Shown: positions 9,341 through 19,009, counted from the stretch's first letter. The stretch: 64,000 nucleotides of DNA from Promethearchaeati archaeon SRVP18_Atabeyarchaeia-1 (GCA_037308085.1 CP147779.1:896001-960000), one strand, 5' to 3'. The notes: a model not told the origin generated them from the letters alone. Numbers and translations are program-made.

Positions 9341-10330
9341 ATGAAATTCGGTATCGAATTTGTTCCGAATAGTCCGATAGACGAAGTCCTGAAGTGGGCG
9401 ACTGTGGCCGAGCAGGAGAAGTTCGACTACATCTGGATAACAGACCACTTCAATAACAGAAACACCTATGTAACTCTGACATCGATAGCCATGAAGACTT
9501 CATCAGCGAAGATAGGTCCTGGTGTGACCAACCCCTACCTCATCAATCCAGCATGGACCGCTTCCGCTGTCGCTAGCCTCAATGAGGTGTCCAAAGGTAG
9601 AGCAGTTCTGGGGATCGGAGCGGGAGATCGAACCACATTATCGTATCTTGGCTTGGAACAGAAGAGTCCGGTATCCGCATTGGCTGAGTGTGTAGACATA
9701 ATAAGAGGATTGCTGAAAGGCGAAGAGGTCAGGATTCCAGGAAAGATATTCAATGTAACTGGTGCGAGGTTAAACTATCATGCAGACTTCGTACCTATCT
9801 ACCTCGGTGTTCAAGGACCCAAGATGATGCGGTTGGCAGCGAAGATCAGTGATGGTGTCTTGATAAATGCATCCCACCCTACTGACATCTCGATGGCAGT
9901 GAAGGAAGTGCGGAACGGTCTTGACGAGGCTGGGAAATCTTCCTCACAGTTTGACATGGCCGCCTATACCAGTTTCTCGGTTAGTAATGACCCGGCAGAA
10001 GCTGCCAAACTGGCTAGACCTGTCGTGGCGTTCATTGCTGCAGCCAGTCCGGACGCCCTTCTGGAACGCCATGGGATCCCCGCTGAACGCGTTAAGGTAA
10101 TCAGAGAAGCGCTAGCGAAGGGTCAATTCAAGGAAGCATTCAAAGCTGTCGACGATGAGCTATTGGAAGTTTTCTCGATAACGGGAACCCCCGCCCAATG
10201 TACAGAGAGAATATCCAAGATTATTAGGGAAGGGGTGTCCCAACTCGTAATTGGTTCACCGATAGGGGTAGACAAGGTAAAGACACTTGAATCGATCGGG
10301 TCTGAAATCATGCCACAGTTCCTTCAATAA
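9341..10330 (+). CDS. mer: F420-dependent methylene-H4MPT reductase
   Basis: MKFGIEFVP, WITDHFNNR, GPGVTNPY, GVLINASHP, LVIGSPIG. Confidence 0.92.
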   Translation: MKFGIEFVPNSPIDEVLKWATVAEQEKFDYIWITDHFNNRNTYVTLTSIAMKTSSAKIGPGVTNPYLINPAWTASAVASLNEVSKGRAVLGIGAGDRTTLSYLGLEQKSPVSALAECVDIIRGLLKGEEVRIPGKIFNVTGARLNYHADFVPIYLGVQGPKMMRLAAKISDGVLINASHPTDISMAVKEVRNGLDEAGKSSSQFDMAAYTSFSVSNDPAEAAKLARPVVAFIAAASPDALLERHGIPAERVKVIREALAKGQFKEAFKAVDDELLEVFSITGTPAQCTERISKIIREGVSQLVIGSPIGVDKVKTLESIGSEIMPQFLQ

Positions 10331-10447
10331 GGAAATCAGATCACACAACAACACAGGACTCATGTCTTGTCCCGCTTTCTTCTTTTCTTATTTAACATGC
10401 AACTGACTTGAAAGAAGAGTTGGGAGCCTCTGCTTCTGTGCAGGCTC

Positions 10448-11353
10448 TCAGGACGATGTCTTCAATACGTCAAATCTGGTTGCAACAATGTTGCATCCGA
10501 AAACTCCTTTGACTGCCTTAAGCTCTTTGACGAGCATGTTGATCAGATTCCTGTTGGCATCTGCGATTTCTTTATCCCTTGATTCTGCCTTCGTATAGCC
10601 TTGCCCTAGCTGCTTGATCTTGCTCAGGAAGTCCTCGGGTGGCTTTGAAGCAGGGTACAGCTTTCCAATCCAGTTGATTGTCTCTTCTGAGTCGATTGGG
10701 TAGAGCGTAACGATGAGTGGAATTCCCATCGCGCTTGCCAGATTGGCAACCGCCTTTGCTTTTTCGCTTTCATAGATAGGTGTAGTAAGGAAATATGATG
10801 CGCCAGCGTCCTTCTTCTTCCTCATCAAGGTTTCCGCAATTTCAAGTCTTGCAGGATCAAATCCGACGACTGCGCCGACCTCGAAGCCTGTCGATTTGGG
10901 TATCTCTTCTCCGGAGAAGATTTTCCCTTCGTTCATCTCCTTGATCATTTTCAATAGCTGGATTCCATCTAGGTCGAAGACTGGTTGTGCTTTGGTATAT
11001 TTTCCAGTCGTTGTGTGGATTCCAGTTGAAACTAGGATGTTGGTCAATCCTAGTTGGCTGCCTGTCAGGATATCAGAGAATATTCCAAGTCTGTTCTTGT
11101 CTCTTGCATCCACGGCATATATAGATTCGAGCTTCAGCCTTTCCTTCATCAGGTAGGATGGAACGAGCGTGTTAAGAGACAATGACGCCTTTGCATCACG
11201 GCTCACGATTATTGCGTCCACAGAGGCTTGCAGACCCTTTGCCCTATCCAGAAGCTTCTCTATTGATGTCTGACTATTAACTTCGAGCTCTCCTAAGGTC
11301 ACGAACTTTCCTTCTTTCAGTTTTCCGACAAAACCGCTTGGGCTCTTAGGCAT
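10448..11353 (-). CDS. Second MetF-like protein (degenerate active site)
   Basis: Paralog of 5572 gene (GELE, ARDKNRLG, PVFDLD) but TGD changed to TGI and TQ to TP. Confidence 0.75.
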   Translation of the reverse strand: MPKSPSGFVGKLKEGKFVTLGELEVNSQTSIEKLLDRAKGLQASVDAIIVSRDAKASLSLNTLVPSYLMKERLKLESIYAVDARDKNRLGIFSDILTGSQLGLTNILVSTGIHTTTGKYTKAQPVFDLDGIQLLKMIKEMNEGKIFSGEEIPKSTGFEVGAVVGFDPARLEIAETLMRKKKDAGASYFLTTPIYESEKAKAVANLASAMGIPLIVTLYPIDSEETINWIGKLYPASKPPEDFLSKIKQLGQGYTKAESRDKEIADANRNLINMLVKELKAVKGVFGCNIVATRFDVLKTSS

Positions 11354-11391
11354 TGGAATAAAGACCTCCACAAATCGTTCTGATCAGTCCT

Positions 11392-12039
11392 CTACTCTGT
11401 CCACACGACTTCGCCGAGCGTGGCTTTTAGAGATCCGTCTCTCTCAGGTTGGTACTTCTTGAAGCTATCGAGTCTGCCAAGTTGGCTCAGTCTATCCCAT
11501 ATCATAGTCCATACACAGTCGTTTTTTCGGTCCCCAACTTCGCATTTTCCATCCGCCATTGTTTCACATGGTCCGTTTAGAAGTTGCTTCGGGCATCTGG
11601 ATACTGCGCATATGCCTCCGGTGTCAAACAGTGTACATGATCCGCACATTCTGCATCTCTCATAGAATCGACCTAGTCTCTCTACCATGCCGAGAAACTT
11701 CGTGTCGAGCGCCGGAACAACGACTTTGCCAGTCAAGTCAGAGATCGATTGGACACCAACTCCACAATTCATAGCGAGGATAGCATCAGCCTCGCCAATC
11801 TGTTTCTGGAGTGTCTTTAGATCCCTTTTTGATATTCTGATGTCGCAAGGTGATTCGACGGCGAGGGTTCCGAGGATCTGCTTCTTATCCTTCAGGTTCT
11901 CAACCATCTCCTTGATCTCCTCTTCGCCGCCAGTCTGGCAAAGCGCAGAACATGTGTTGCAGCCTACAATCACGATCTTATCATATCCTTCAAGCATCCT
12001 CAGTATATCATCCAATGGTTTTTGAACAGTAATTATCAA
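11392..12039 (-). CDS. metV: Second MetV-type subunit
   Basis: GCNTCSALC, NCGVG, CRMCGSC...CAVSRCPKQLLNGPC; TTG start after SD GGAGGTGA. Confidence 0.86.
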   Translation of the reverse strand: MIITVQKPLDDILRMLEGYDKIVIVGCNTCSALCQTGGEEEIKEMVENLKDKKQILGTLAVESPCDIRISKRDLKTLQKQIGEADAILAMNCGVGVQSISDLTGKVVVPALDTKFLGMVERLGRFYERCRMCGSCTLFDTGGICAVSRCPKQLLNGPCETMADGKCEVGDRKNDCVWTMIWDRLSQLGRLDSFKKYQPERDGSLKATLGEVVWTE

Positions 12040-12072
12040 ACTCGAGGTCACCTCCAAAATCATCCTGAGTAG

Positions 12073-12726
12073 TTATCCCGTCCTTCGTCCCGCGTCTCCA
12101 GTTCTCCCAATCTCGTTCATACCGATCTCAAGTCCTTTGAGGACATTCGGCATACTTCCCCCGAATTCCTCTTCCATAGCTTCTCTTATGTCACCGCTGC
12201 TTAGCGGCATCTTGCCCATGCCTAGTGCACCCCCCAGCATTATCATGTTTGACATAGAGAAATCACCGAACTCGTTCTTTGATATCTCATTAGCCCTGAT
12301 TGCTCTGACATCGTCAGAGAAAGTCTTCATAATGTTGATGACTTCATCAAAAGTCGCTCCCTTCCATTTCTCAGACACGGCTTGGGGTGGAAGTATTTCA
12401 TACAGGTTGACCAGAACAGAGGTTTTCCCGGAGGCGAACTTCGCGCTTCGAAGTGCCTCATTAGTTTCCAAGGCTATAATTAAGTCAGCCCCTGCCATTG
12501 GGATGAGTGGAGAGATTACGCTCGTCCTCTCGTTTCGCTCTTCACCTGGATCCAACATTACATACCTAACGGAATTATCGACTGATCCCTCTCTTTGGGA
12601 GGCTCCACGGGTTTCGGTGCCGACGACTATCCAGCCCTTCCTTTGCCCTGCCTTTTTCAAGATATTTCCGATAGTCATTATTCCTTGGCCGCCAACACCG
12701 ACCACGAGAACACTATACTTTCTCAA
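12073..12726 (-). CDS. iorB: Indolepyruvate:ferredoxin oxidoreductase beta subunit
   Basis: GVGGQG, ETRGASQREGSV, ADLIIALETNEALR, NMIMLG. Confidence 0.85.
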   Translation of the reverse strand: MRKYSVLVVGVGGQGIMTIGNILKKAGQRKGWIVVGTETRGASQREGSVDNSVRYVMLDPGEERNERTSVISPLIPMAGADLIIALETNEALRSAKFASGKTSVLVNLYEILPPQAVSEKWKGATFDEVINIMKTFSDDVRAIRANEISKNEFGDFSMSNMIMLGGALGMGKMPLSSGDIREAMEEEFGGSMPNVLKGLEIGMNEIGRTGDAGRRTG

Positions 12727-13095
12727 ACTGCTCCACAACCCTCTACCCTATATGAGCGGATTCGAGCGGTCGTTTTTGGAGGGCTGAGCTTTTTGCTTAC
12801 TCGGTTTTGCTCTTTGGCATCTTGCTTGGTATTACTGGTTGGGTGGGGCGCTGGTTTTGCCATGCCCCTTATTAAGTCCTGAGAGCACACTTTGCTGTTT
12901 TACGAATGCGCGCGCGAAATGCCCTTCATCTATATCGCCAGTTCTAGCTTGATCCGCTATCCCTGTGTTGTTCTCCTATTCTTATTTACCTTTGTTATTT
13001 TCGGGGGGAGCAGATCATGTTCTTGTTTCCTGCTTTTGGTTTCGTGTGGGGATCTGGGAGGTGCCCCAATTTCAATTTGTGCCAGCTGATGAGTA

Positions 13096-14352
13096 CTAAC
13101 GAGGCGTATTTGCTTCGGCAGGACTCTTGTTTGGCTTCGGTATATTGAATGCTAATATCACTAGGAATAGTTCTCTGTTCTTGTCGTTTGGCTGGTGAAA
13201 CACATAGTCGAATCGCGTCTCCCCTTCAACCCTTCTGAATTTCAGATCGTACCTTCGTTTGTAGCACGGGTGGGACTCAACCACGGGGCGGATTTTGTTT
13301 AGCACCGAGCTGAAGTCTTGGTTCTTGTTGAATAGAAGTATTGCTGTTTTTGTGTCTCGCCAGCTCGTGTATCCCAATAGCTGGCCAATCGCCTTGAGGA
13401 GCGCCTCATCCCCTCTCCAAAACTTACATTCCGCGATGAATACGTTTTTGCCTCCAGCGCGTATGAGAATATCTGTTTTCCCGAGATAGTTAAAAGTCTC
13501 CCCCGTGGCCTGCCCCTCGTAATAGACATTCAGTAACATCAGGAAGATATTTCTAATCTCTTCTTCCTTAAGTTTGAGGAATGTTGTTGGGTTTCTTTCC
13601 ATTACAAGAGACATGTTCGAAATACTATCTAGGATGTTTCCGAAGTCCTCTTCGTGTAGAGTCGGTTCGGGCTCGTATTGTCTTGCGGTGACCCTAGGAG
13701 GCGCTAGTACGATTTTCTTTCGAATGGATGGAATCGCGTACGTTTTCACTAGATCGTCGCGACGCTTTATCGGAATTCCAAGAGCGCTTACCAATCCAGA
13801 GGCAGCCAAAAGCGTCTTCTTTCTTTCAGTGATGGTTTCTCTGATTATTGTTTCAATCGACTTGTTGTAGTTGTCAAGATCATGTTTCGTCCATTCCATG
13901 TGTCTCTTCAATTCCATGAGATCCCGTTCATATCTGTGTTTCAGTTCCCGCGGATTATCATATTCGGTTACATCATAGGACAGATGGATTTCCTGCCCCA
14001 CGATTTCTCCAGCAGGATGAACCGTCGAAAACTGCGTTGCCCCGTACTCTAACAGATCTCCGTCTCCATCAAATGGAACAGCGATCACTATCCTCGTTCC
14101 TCTCTGGCGATAAGGTAGGCTTCTGCTAGCAGTCTTTACTTCACTAAAATCGTCTACTTTGGGATCGCCCTCATGAAGTGTTGGTATTTGGTAACTGTAT
14201 TTCGAGATGAGGTACTGACAAAGGTCGCTCTCACTTGCGTTTAGGATGTAGTTCTTGTCATAGCCTTCGATTTCCTCTATCAAGCTTCGTTGCCTTTGCT
14301 CCAAGAGATTGCGAAGGGCACCTCTCTCAGAGAAGAGAAGATGGGGGCTCAT
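13096..14352 (-). CDS. Hypothetical protein with C-terminal PD-(D/E)xK nuclease-like domain
   Basis: EEEIR...GKTDILI...FIAECKFW...QLLGY pattern typical of restriction-endonuclease-like folds. Confidence 0.65.
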   Translation of the reverse strand: MSPHLLFSERGALRNLLEQRQRSLIEEIEGYDKNYILNASESDLCQYLISKYSYQIPTLHEGDPKVDDFSEVKTASRSLPYRQRGTRIVIAVPFDGDGDLLEYGATQFSTVHPAGEIVGQEIHLSYDVTEYDNPRELKHRYERDLMELKRHMEWTKHDLDNYNKSIETIIRETITERKKTLLAASGLVSALGIPIKRRDDLVKTYAIPSIRKKIVLAPPRVTARQYEPEPTLHEEDFGNILDSISNMSLVMERNPTTFLKLKEEEIRNIFLMLLNVYYEGQATGETFNYLGKTDILIRAGGKNVFIAECKFWRGDEALLKAIGQLLGYTSWRDTKTAILLFNKNQDFSSVLNKIRPVVESHPCYKRRYDLKFRRVEGETRFDYVFHQPNDKNRELFLVILAFNIPKPNKSPAEANTPR

Positions 14353-14624
14353 ATTAGGTCACCTTTCAGAACGGACGGAAAAGATGGACGGTGCAATGAG
14401 TCCGTGTCAGCAGGTCTGCCAATAGCAGCATATCTTTGCAGATCTTGTAATCCGCAAGAAGTATCTCCCGCTTGCTCCAATCCGAGTTCATGAGCTAGAG
14501 TCACTCTCAGATATCTTTTAAGTCGTGCGCCATGCCTTGTTGCAGTTCGGGTGGATTCTTGATCCTATCTGTTCTCTAATGAACAACATCCCAGTAGTGG
14601 CGACAGATCTCGCTGAGCTTTGCG

Positions 14625-14927
14625 TTATACTTTTCTCTGCTTACTTTCCTGTCGTCGCTGTTCTCTGCAAACGCTTCTCATTTGGCTAGTAATGAGCCGC
14701 GCAGTTTGAACGTCTTGGTGGCTTAGCGTAACCTCCCTCGTCTCTGTGTGCTTGTTTGGTGTCACCGCCTCAGCATAGAAGATGAACCCTTTAACGTCTT
14801 CCCAGAGGACAACGTAACAGCTTTTCATCACTTTGTAGTTTGTGGGGTGGTTGTGGATAACGAGTAGTTGCTCCATTCTGAAATCAGGTGGGTCGAAGAC
14901 GATGAAGTGCCCCCTCTGATCGCACAT
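14625..14927 (-). CDS. Hypothetical protein (island)
   Basis: 100-aa ORF downstream of the AbrB-like gene on the same strand. Confidence 0.45.
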   Translation of the reverse strand: MCDQRGHFIVFDPPDFRMEQLLVIHNHPTNYKVMKSCYVVLWEDVKGFIFYAEAVTPNKHTETREVTLSHQDVQTARLITSQMRSVCREQRRQESKQRKV

Positions 14928-15055
14928 GGGGCATCGGGGTTTGAGCGATGTCTAGGTGTGGGTACGTGGGGGACCCCCACGAATCCCCCACGATGTGAAG
15001 CGACCGCCGCGCCAGATGAAAAGGAGGGTTGCCCGATTTGTTGGGCGGGTTATCG

Positions 15056-15253
15056 TTATTGCCTTAATGGGTTAAGTGTTACTGCTATGTTTCCTTCTCT
15101 TCGGATCTCTATGTTCCATTGGAGCTTATCGCCCTGTTTCAGGTTGAGCATTTTGACGAGGATTTGGGGGACCGTTGTTTTGAGGCTGTTGACGGCTTTG
15201 CCAGCGGCCTTTGATAGGGTTGTTGTCTCGATCACTGATATTCGTCTCTCCAC
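15056..15253 (-). CDS. AbrB/MazE/SpoVT-type DNA-binding protein
   Basis: SLKTTVPQILVKMLNLKQGDKLQW swapped-hairpin signature. Confidence 0.8.
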   Translation of the reverse strand: MERRISVIETTTLSKAAGKAVNSLKTTVPQILVKMLNLKQGDKLQWNIEIRREGNIAVTLNPLRQ

Positions 15254-15321
15254 TCAGTTTCGCATTTTGGAGTCTTGTGGCTTCGTTAATGATTAGGCAT
15301 ATTCAATAGTGTCTACATTCA

Positions 15322-15369
15322 CGAAATACTTATATACATTCATATCTAATTAACGTATAGTTACGTTAA
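15322..15369 (+). promoter_or_regulatory. BRE/TATA promoter with overlapping palindromic operator candidate
   Basis: CGAAA...TTATATA (15322-15336), then TTAACGTA-N4-TACGTTAA (15350-15369), between the divergent AbrB-like and LAGLIDADG genes. Confidence 0.5.
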
Positions 15370-15398
15370 CAAATACGATAAAAACGAGGCACCGTATA

Positions 15399-16718
15399 AT
15401 GTGCGCGAAGGCACACGAATTGGATTTCTCTGCTGTCGACGCTGAGGAGATCGCTTATCTGCAGGGCTTGTACTTGGCTGACGGCTGTAGGTATACAAGC
15501 GTGGGCTGCAGGTGGGGCACGACGCGTTACTACGTGGGCTTCTTTCTTCAAGGAGATCAAGGAGCAATTGTCGAGAAAGTTGTCAGGATTCTGAGGCGGC
15601 TGGGTCCCACTCCGTACATGGCAAAGCCTTCGCGTGGCGAGTGGATGTTTGATATTAGGGTAGCATCGAAAAGTCTCTATCATTTTCTACCGAACAAAGA
15701 GAGCCTTAGAGAGAACCATGAAGCAAGGGAACGGTTCTTTTCGCGTAGCGGTCTTCTCGGCGCTAGGCTCGGCGTGCCCTTCCTAGCTGGTCTTCTGGAC
15801 GGAGATGGCTCGCTTGGTGTGAGGATCAACAAGACAGGTTCCTATTTTGGAACTTTAGTGAAATGGGATTGGTCGCTTACACAGAGCGAGTATAAACACG
15901 CGTTTCTCGTGCACTATGTTAAGAGGTTTGTTGATTCGCTCATGCCAATTGAGAAAATCGGCGTGACGATTGGCGCGGTTCCTAGCGTCGGCGCAGTCAG
16001 GGCGCAGATTCGCAAGTCTGGAGCAATTACTCTCCTAGGAGCAGGTCTTAGCGAGTACTCCTGGAAGGTTGCAAACTGGGCTGAAAAGGTAGCTCAACAA
16101 AAGTCAGAGCGCGAGGAGTACTTCACTACCGGACAGCTTGCACGGATTCTCGGTGTGCGCCGCCATGCTGTGTTGGGATGGGTTAAGAAGGGCAAGCTGA
16201 GGCAGCTAAGAGGAACCTTGAAAACTCGGAATTCACCTAATGCTCAGTCTCGCTACTATATTCCAGTCGAAGAGGTTGAGAGGTTCATAAAAGTGTTCAA
16301 GGAGAGAGAGGAGAAAGTCGAGAAGATCAAGGCGAGTGGAGTGAGTTTGTTGGACGCGTCTATGATGTTGGGTATCCCACACACCACTCTGTTTCGGTGG
16401 TACCAGCATGGAAAGGTTCAAGCCACTTTAGTGCATGAGCCAAAGGGTTTCAGAAACACATACTTGGTCGTTGCGAGAGGAGAGATCAAGAGACTTAGGT
16501 TGGCGATTTCTGGGAATCGTGGTTCTCTGATGTCGCGAGGGGCGGTGAATGTTGCTCAGAAGTATACGCTCATAAAAGAGAAGGCGGAGAGTGAAATGGC
16601 AAAGTCTAGCAGGGGGCCAGCCCATGGTCATAATAGGAAAGCCATTGTTCGGAAGGCTAAAGACACGAAGAAAAAAGTCGTGCCAGATCAGCTAGCAAGC
16701 ATACGGGACATAGATTGA
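15399..16718 (+). CDS. Double-motif LAGLIDADG endonuclease fused to two MerR/Xis-like HTH domains
   Basis: YLQGLYLADG and FLAGLLDGDGS; FTTGQLARILGVRRHAVLGWVKKGKL and SLLDASMMLGIPHTTLFRWYQHGKV. Confidence 0.8.
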   Translation: MCAKAHELDFSAVDAEEIAYLQGLYLADGCRYTSVGCRWGTTRYYVGFFLQGDQGAIVEKVVRILRRLGPTPYMAKPSRGEWMFDIRVASKSLYHFLPNKESLRENHEARERFFSRSGLLGARLGVPFLAGLLDGDGSLGVRINKTGSYFGTLVKWDWSLTQSEYKHAFLVHYVKRFVDSLMPIEKIGVTIGAVPSVGAVRAQIRKSGAITLLGAGLSEYSWKVANWAEKVAQQKSEREEYFTTGQLARILGVRRHAVLGWVKKGKLRQLRGTLKTRNSPNAQSRYYIPVEEVERFIKVFKEREEKVEKIKASGVSLLDASMMLGIPHTTLFRWYQHGKVQATLVHEPKGFRNTYLVVARGEIKRLRLAISGNRGSLMSRGAVNVAQKYTLIKEKAESEMAKSSRGPAHGHNRKAIVRKAKDTKKKVVPDQLASIRDID

Positions 16719-16721
16719 GGC

Positions 16722-16961
16722 ATGCTGAAGGCAAGGATGACAAAGACAGTGAGCGCAGCTGAACTCTCGTTTGAGATAGGCAGAAGTATTCCGCTTCCCC
16801 AAGGAGCCAAGTTGTTCGAGAAAGCTCTCAAGGAACATCACATTCTCAATGTTTGGAACAAGCATAGAGAGCACATCGTCCCATACTCACTGTTCTTTTC
16901 CCTACTAGGAGATATTGACAACGTTTTGCTAGGATCAAAAAAAGAAAAGTTCAAATTGTGA
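16722..16961 (+). CDS. Small hypothetical protein
   Basis: 79-aa ORF starting 3 nt after the LAGLIDADG stop. Confidence 0.45.
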   Translation: MLKARMTKTVSAAELSFEIGRSIPLPQGAKLFEKALKEHHILNVWNKHREHIVPYSLFFSLLGDIDNVLLGSKKEKFKL

Positions 16962-17056
16962 GGAGGCTCATCATTCTCGGAACCCCTCGAACTCCGTCTT
17001 CTTAATCGTTTGTGCAAACTAGAAGGGAGGTCACACACGGTTTCTTCATGCTGGTG

Positions 17057-19009
17057 TTAGAGGTGAGGATTCACAGTAGTCTTGGTGATCGCCATTCCGC
17101 TTCTGCAGACCTCTTTGCAGGCGCCGCATAGATTGCACCTAGCATCTTCGATGTAGGCGAACTCTTTCCCATCTTCTTCCTTTCGTATTAGGGCTGGGCA
17201 GGCGAAGCGTCTGTAGCACTCCTCGCAGTTCTGGCACCGGTCAGGTTCGATGGCGTAGTAGGAGTATTTCCCTTTTTCGCGCTCAGCTGCCCTGATGGGA
17301 TCTGTCCTCCTCTTGGCAGGCAATGCGCATTCACGTTCCGATATGAGAACGCGTACGCCTTTCTCTTCCAGTGCCTCAGTTATCACTTCTATTGCGTGCC
17401 GTATGTTGTACGGATCAAATGCCCTTACATGCTTCACACCACAGGCCTTCACTATGTCCCTCAGATTCACAGCTGGTGAAACTTCTTCTCGCAGACTGCT
17501 GATTCCCGAAGCCGGTGTAGGTTGTCCACCAGTCATGGCAACCCACTTGTTGTCCATTATTACTATGAGGACATTCGCATTGTTGTAGACAGCGCTAATC
17601 AACCCTGGAATACCTGCATGTAGAAAGGTGCTGTCGCCAATCATTCCAACCATCGTGTCCTTGACCTTGAAACTCATCCCTGCAGCTATGTTGAAGCCCG
17701 CCCCCATGCAGAGAAGCCAATCCTGCAACGTGTATGGAGGAAGCGCGAGTGTAGCATAACAGCCAATGTCTCCACCGAAAACGACCTGGCCTTTTCCTCT
17801 AGCCTGCACGAATTCCTGTGCTGCTCGTTTCAGCGCGTATGCCGTCGCCCTATGCGGACAACCGGGGCACAGACCAGGATTTCTTAGGAGCGCCTTGCCT
17901 AGCGCTTTGCTGTACTTCGTTTGTATCGCGGCGTAGTCAACTGGCTCCTTAACGCCGCTCGTTCTACTCATTCCCCTTATGACTAGGTCAGTGTTCAGCT
18001 CTCCAACAGCGGGGAATAGGTCTTTTCCATGTACCTCTCTAAGCATTTTCTTCTCGAACAATATTCTCTTGATCTCTGCCTCAACGAACCCTTCTAGCTC
18101 CTCAACTACCATTACCTTCTCAAGACCTTGAGCGAATTTTTCTATCAAGTCTGGGTTAATCGGGTAAACCATGCCAAGCTTAAGGATCGGGTAATCATGA
18201 ATTCCAAGAGCGTCCAAGGCTTCCATCGTATAGTTGAATGAGGAGCCAGCTGCGATGACTCCTGTCTTTGCCTGACCCGGTATGATCCTATTGAGGTCAG
18301 TCATCTCACCGGCTGCCTTTTCAGCTTTCTGGATTCTGCTTAGCAGCCTTCCCTTGTTTCCCACGGCTACAAGTGTGGCAGATACGTACTTTCCAGGTGC
18401 TTTCTTGAATTGCCCTTCCGCTTTAGGGGGTGTGAGTTTCCCTAGAGTCACTTCGCCAATGCCATGGAGTGTTCTGTGAGTTGAATTTAGGATTATGGGA
18501 AGATCGAACTTCTCTGAAAGTTCATACGCCTTCAGAGTGAAGTCTTTGCATTCCTGCGAGTTCGATGGTTCAAGGCAAACCGTGTGAGCATGTAACGCAT
18601 AGTACCTGTTATCCTGCTCGTTAGTTGAACTGAGGCAACCTGGATCCTCGCCGACAAGGAGCACGAGACTTCCGGGTTGAACACCGATGTAACAGAGCGT
18701 GAAAAACGGATCAGCGGCGACGTTCATACCGACATGTTTCATTGCGCATAGCGACCTAACGCCAGCCCATGCGCCACCGATGGCATTCTCAAGTGCCACG
18801 GCCTCATTCGTTGAATACTGAAAATGTAAGCCTGGCAAGTCCTTTGCGACATCAGATATAGTGTCTCCAACCTCTGAAGCTGGCGTGCCTGGATACGTTG
18901 TAACCATGCCTACGCCTGCCTCTAGAGCTCCACGAGCTATGGCCTCAGCACCAAGCATGAACACTTTCTCACCAGGAGAATCCTTTAGGACAAAATGAGT
19001 CGAAGGCAA
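17057..19009 (-). CDS. iorA: Indolepyruvate:ferredoxin oxidoreductase alpha subunit
   Basis: YPGTP, MKHVG, NEQDNR, CPGCPHR, GDIGCY, GDSTFLH, C-terminal 2x[4Fe-4S]. Confidence 0.93.
   Translation of the reverse strand: MPSTHFVLKDSPGEKVFMLGAEAIARGALEAGVGMVTTYPGTPASEVGDTISDVAKDLPGLHFQYSTNEAVALENAIGGAWAGVRSLCAMKHVGMNVAADPFFTLCYIGVQPGSLVLLVGEDPGCLSSTNEQDNRYYALHAHTVCLEPSNSQECKDFTLKAYELSEKFDLPIILNSTHRTLHGIGEVTLGKLTPPKAEGQFKKAPGKYVSATLVAVGNKGRLLSRIQKAEKAAGEMTDLNRIIPGQAKTGVIAAGSSFNYTMEALDALGIHDYPILKLGMVYPINPDLIEKFAQGLEKVMVVEELEGFVEAEIKRILFEKKMLREVHGKDLFPAVGELNTDLVIRGMSRTSGVKEPVDYAAIQTKYSKALGKALLRNPGLCPGCPHRATAYALKRAAQEFVQARGKGQVVFGGDIGCYATLALPPYTLQDWLLCMGAGFNIAAGMSFKVKDTMVGMIGDSTFLHAGIPGLISAVYNNANVLIVIMDNKWVAMTGGQPTPASGISSLREEVSPAVNLRDIVKACGVKHVRAFDPYNIRHAIEVITEALEEKGVRVLISERECALPAKRRTDPIRAAEREKGKYSYYAIEPDRCQNCEECYRRFACPALIRKEEDGKEFAYIEDARCNLCGACKEVCRSGMAITKTTVNPHL

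Noticed and set aside
12723-12863. 46-aa minus-strand ORF overlapping the iorB start (TTGA)
   Set aside because: Low-complexity, no recognisable similarity and weak SD; insufficient support
15399-16718. LAGLIDADG gene as an intein or rRNA/tRNA intron ORF
   Set aside because: No host exons, splicing motifs or flanking RNA gene seen
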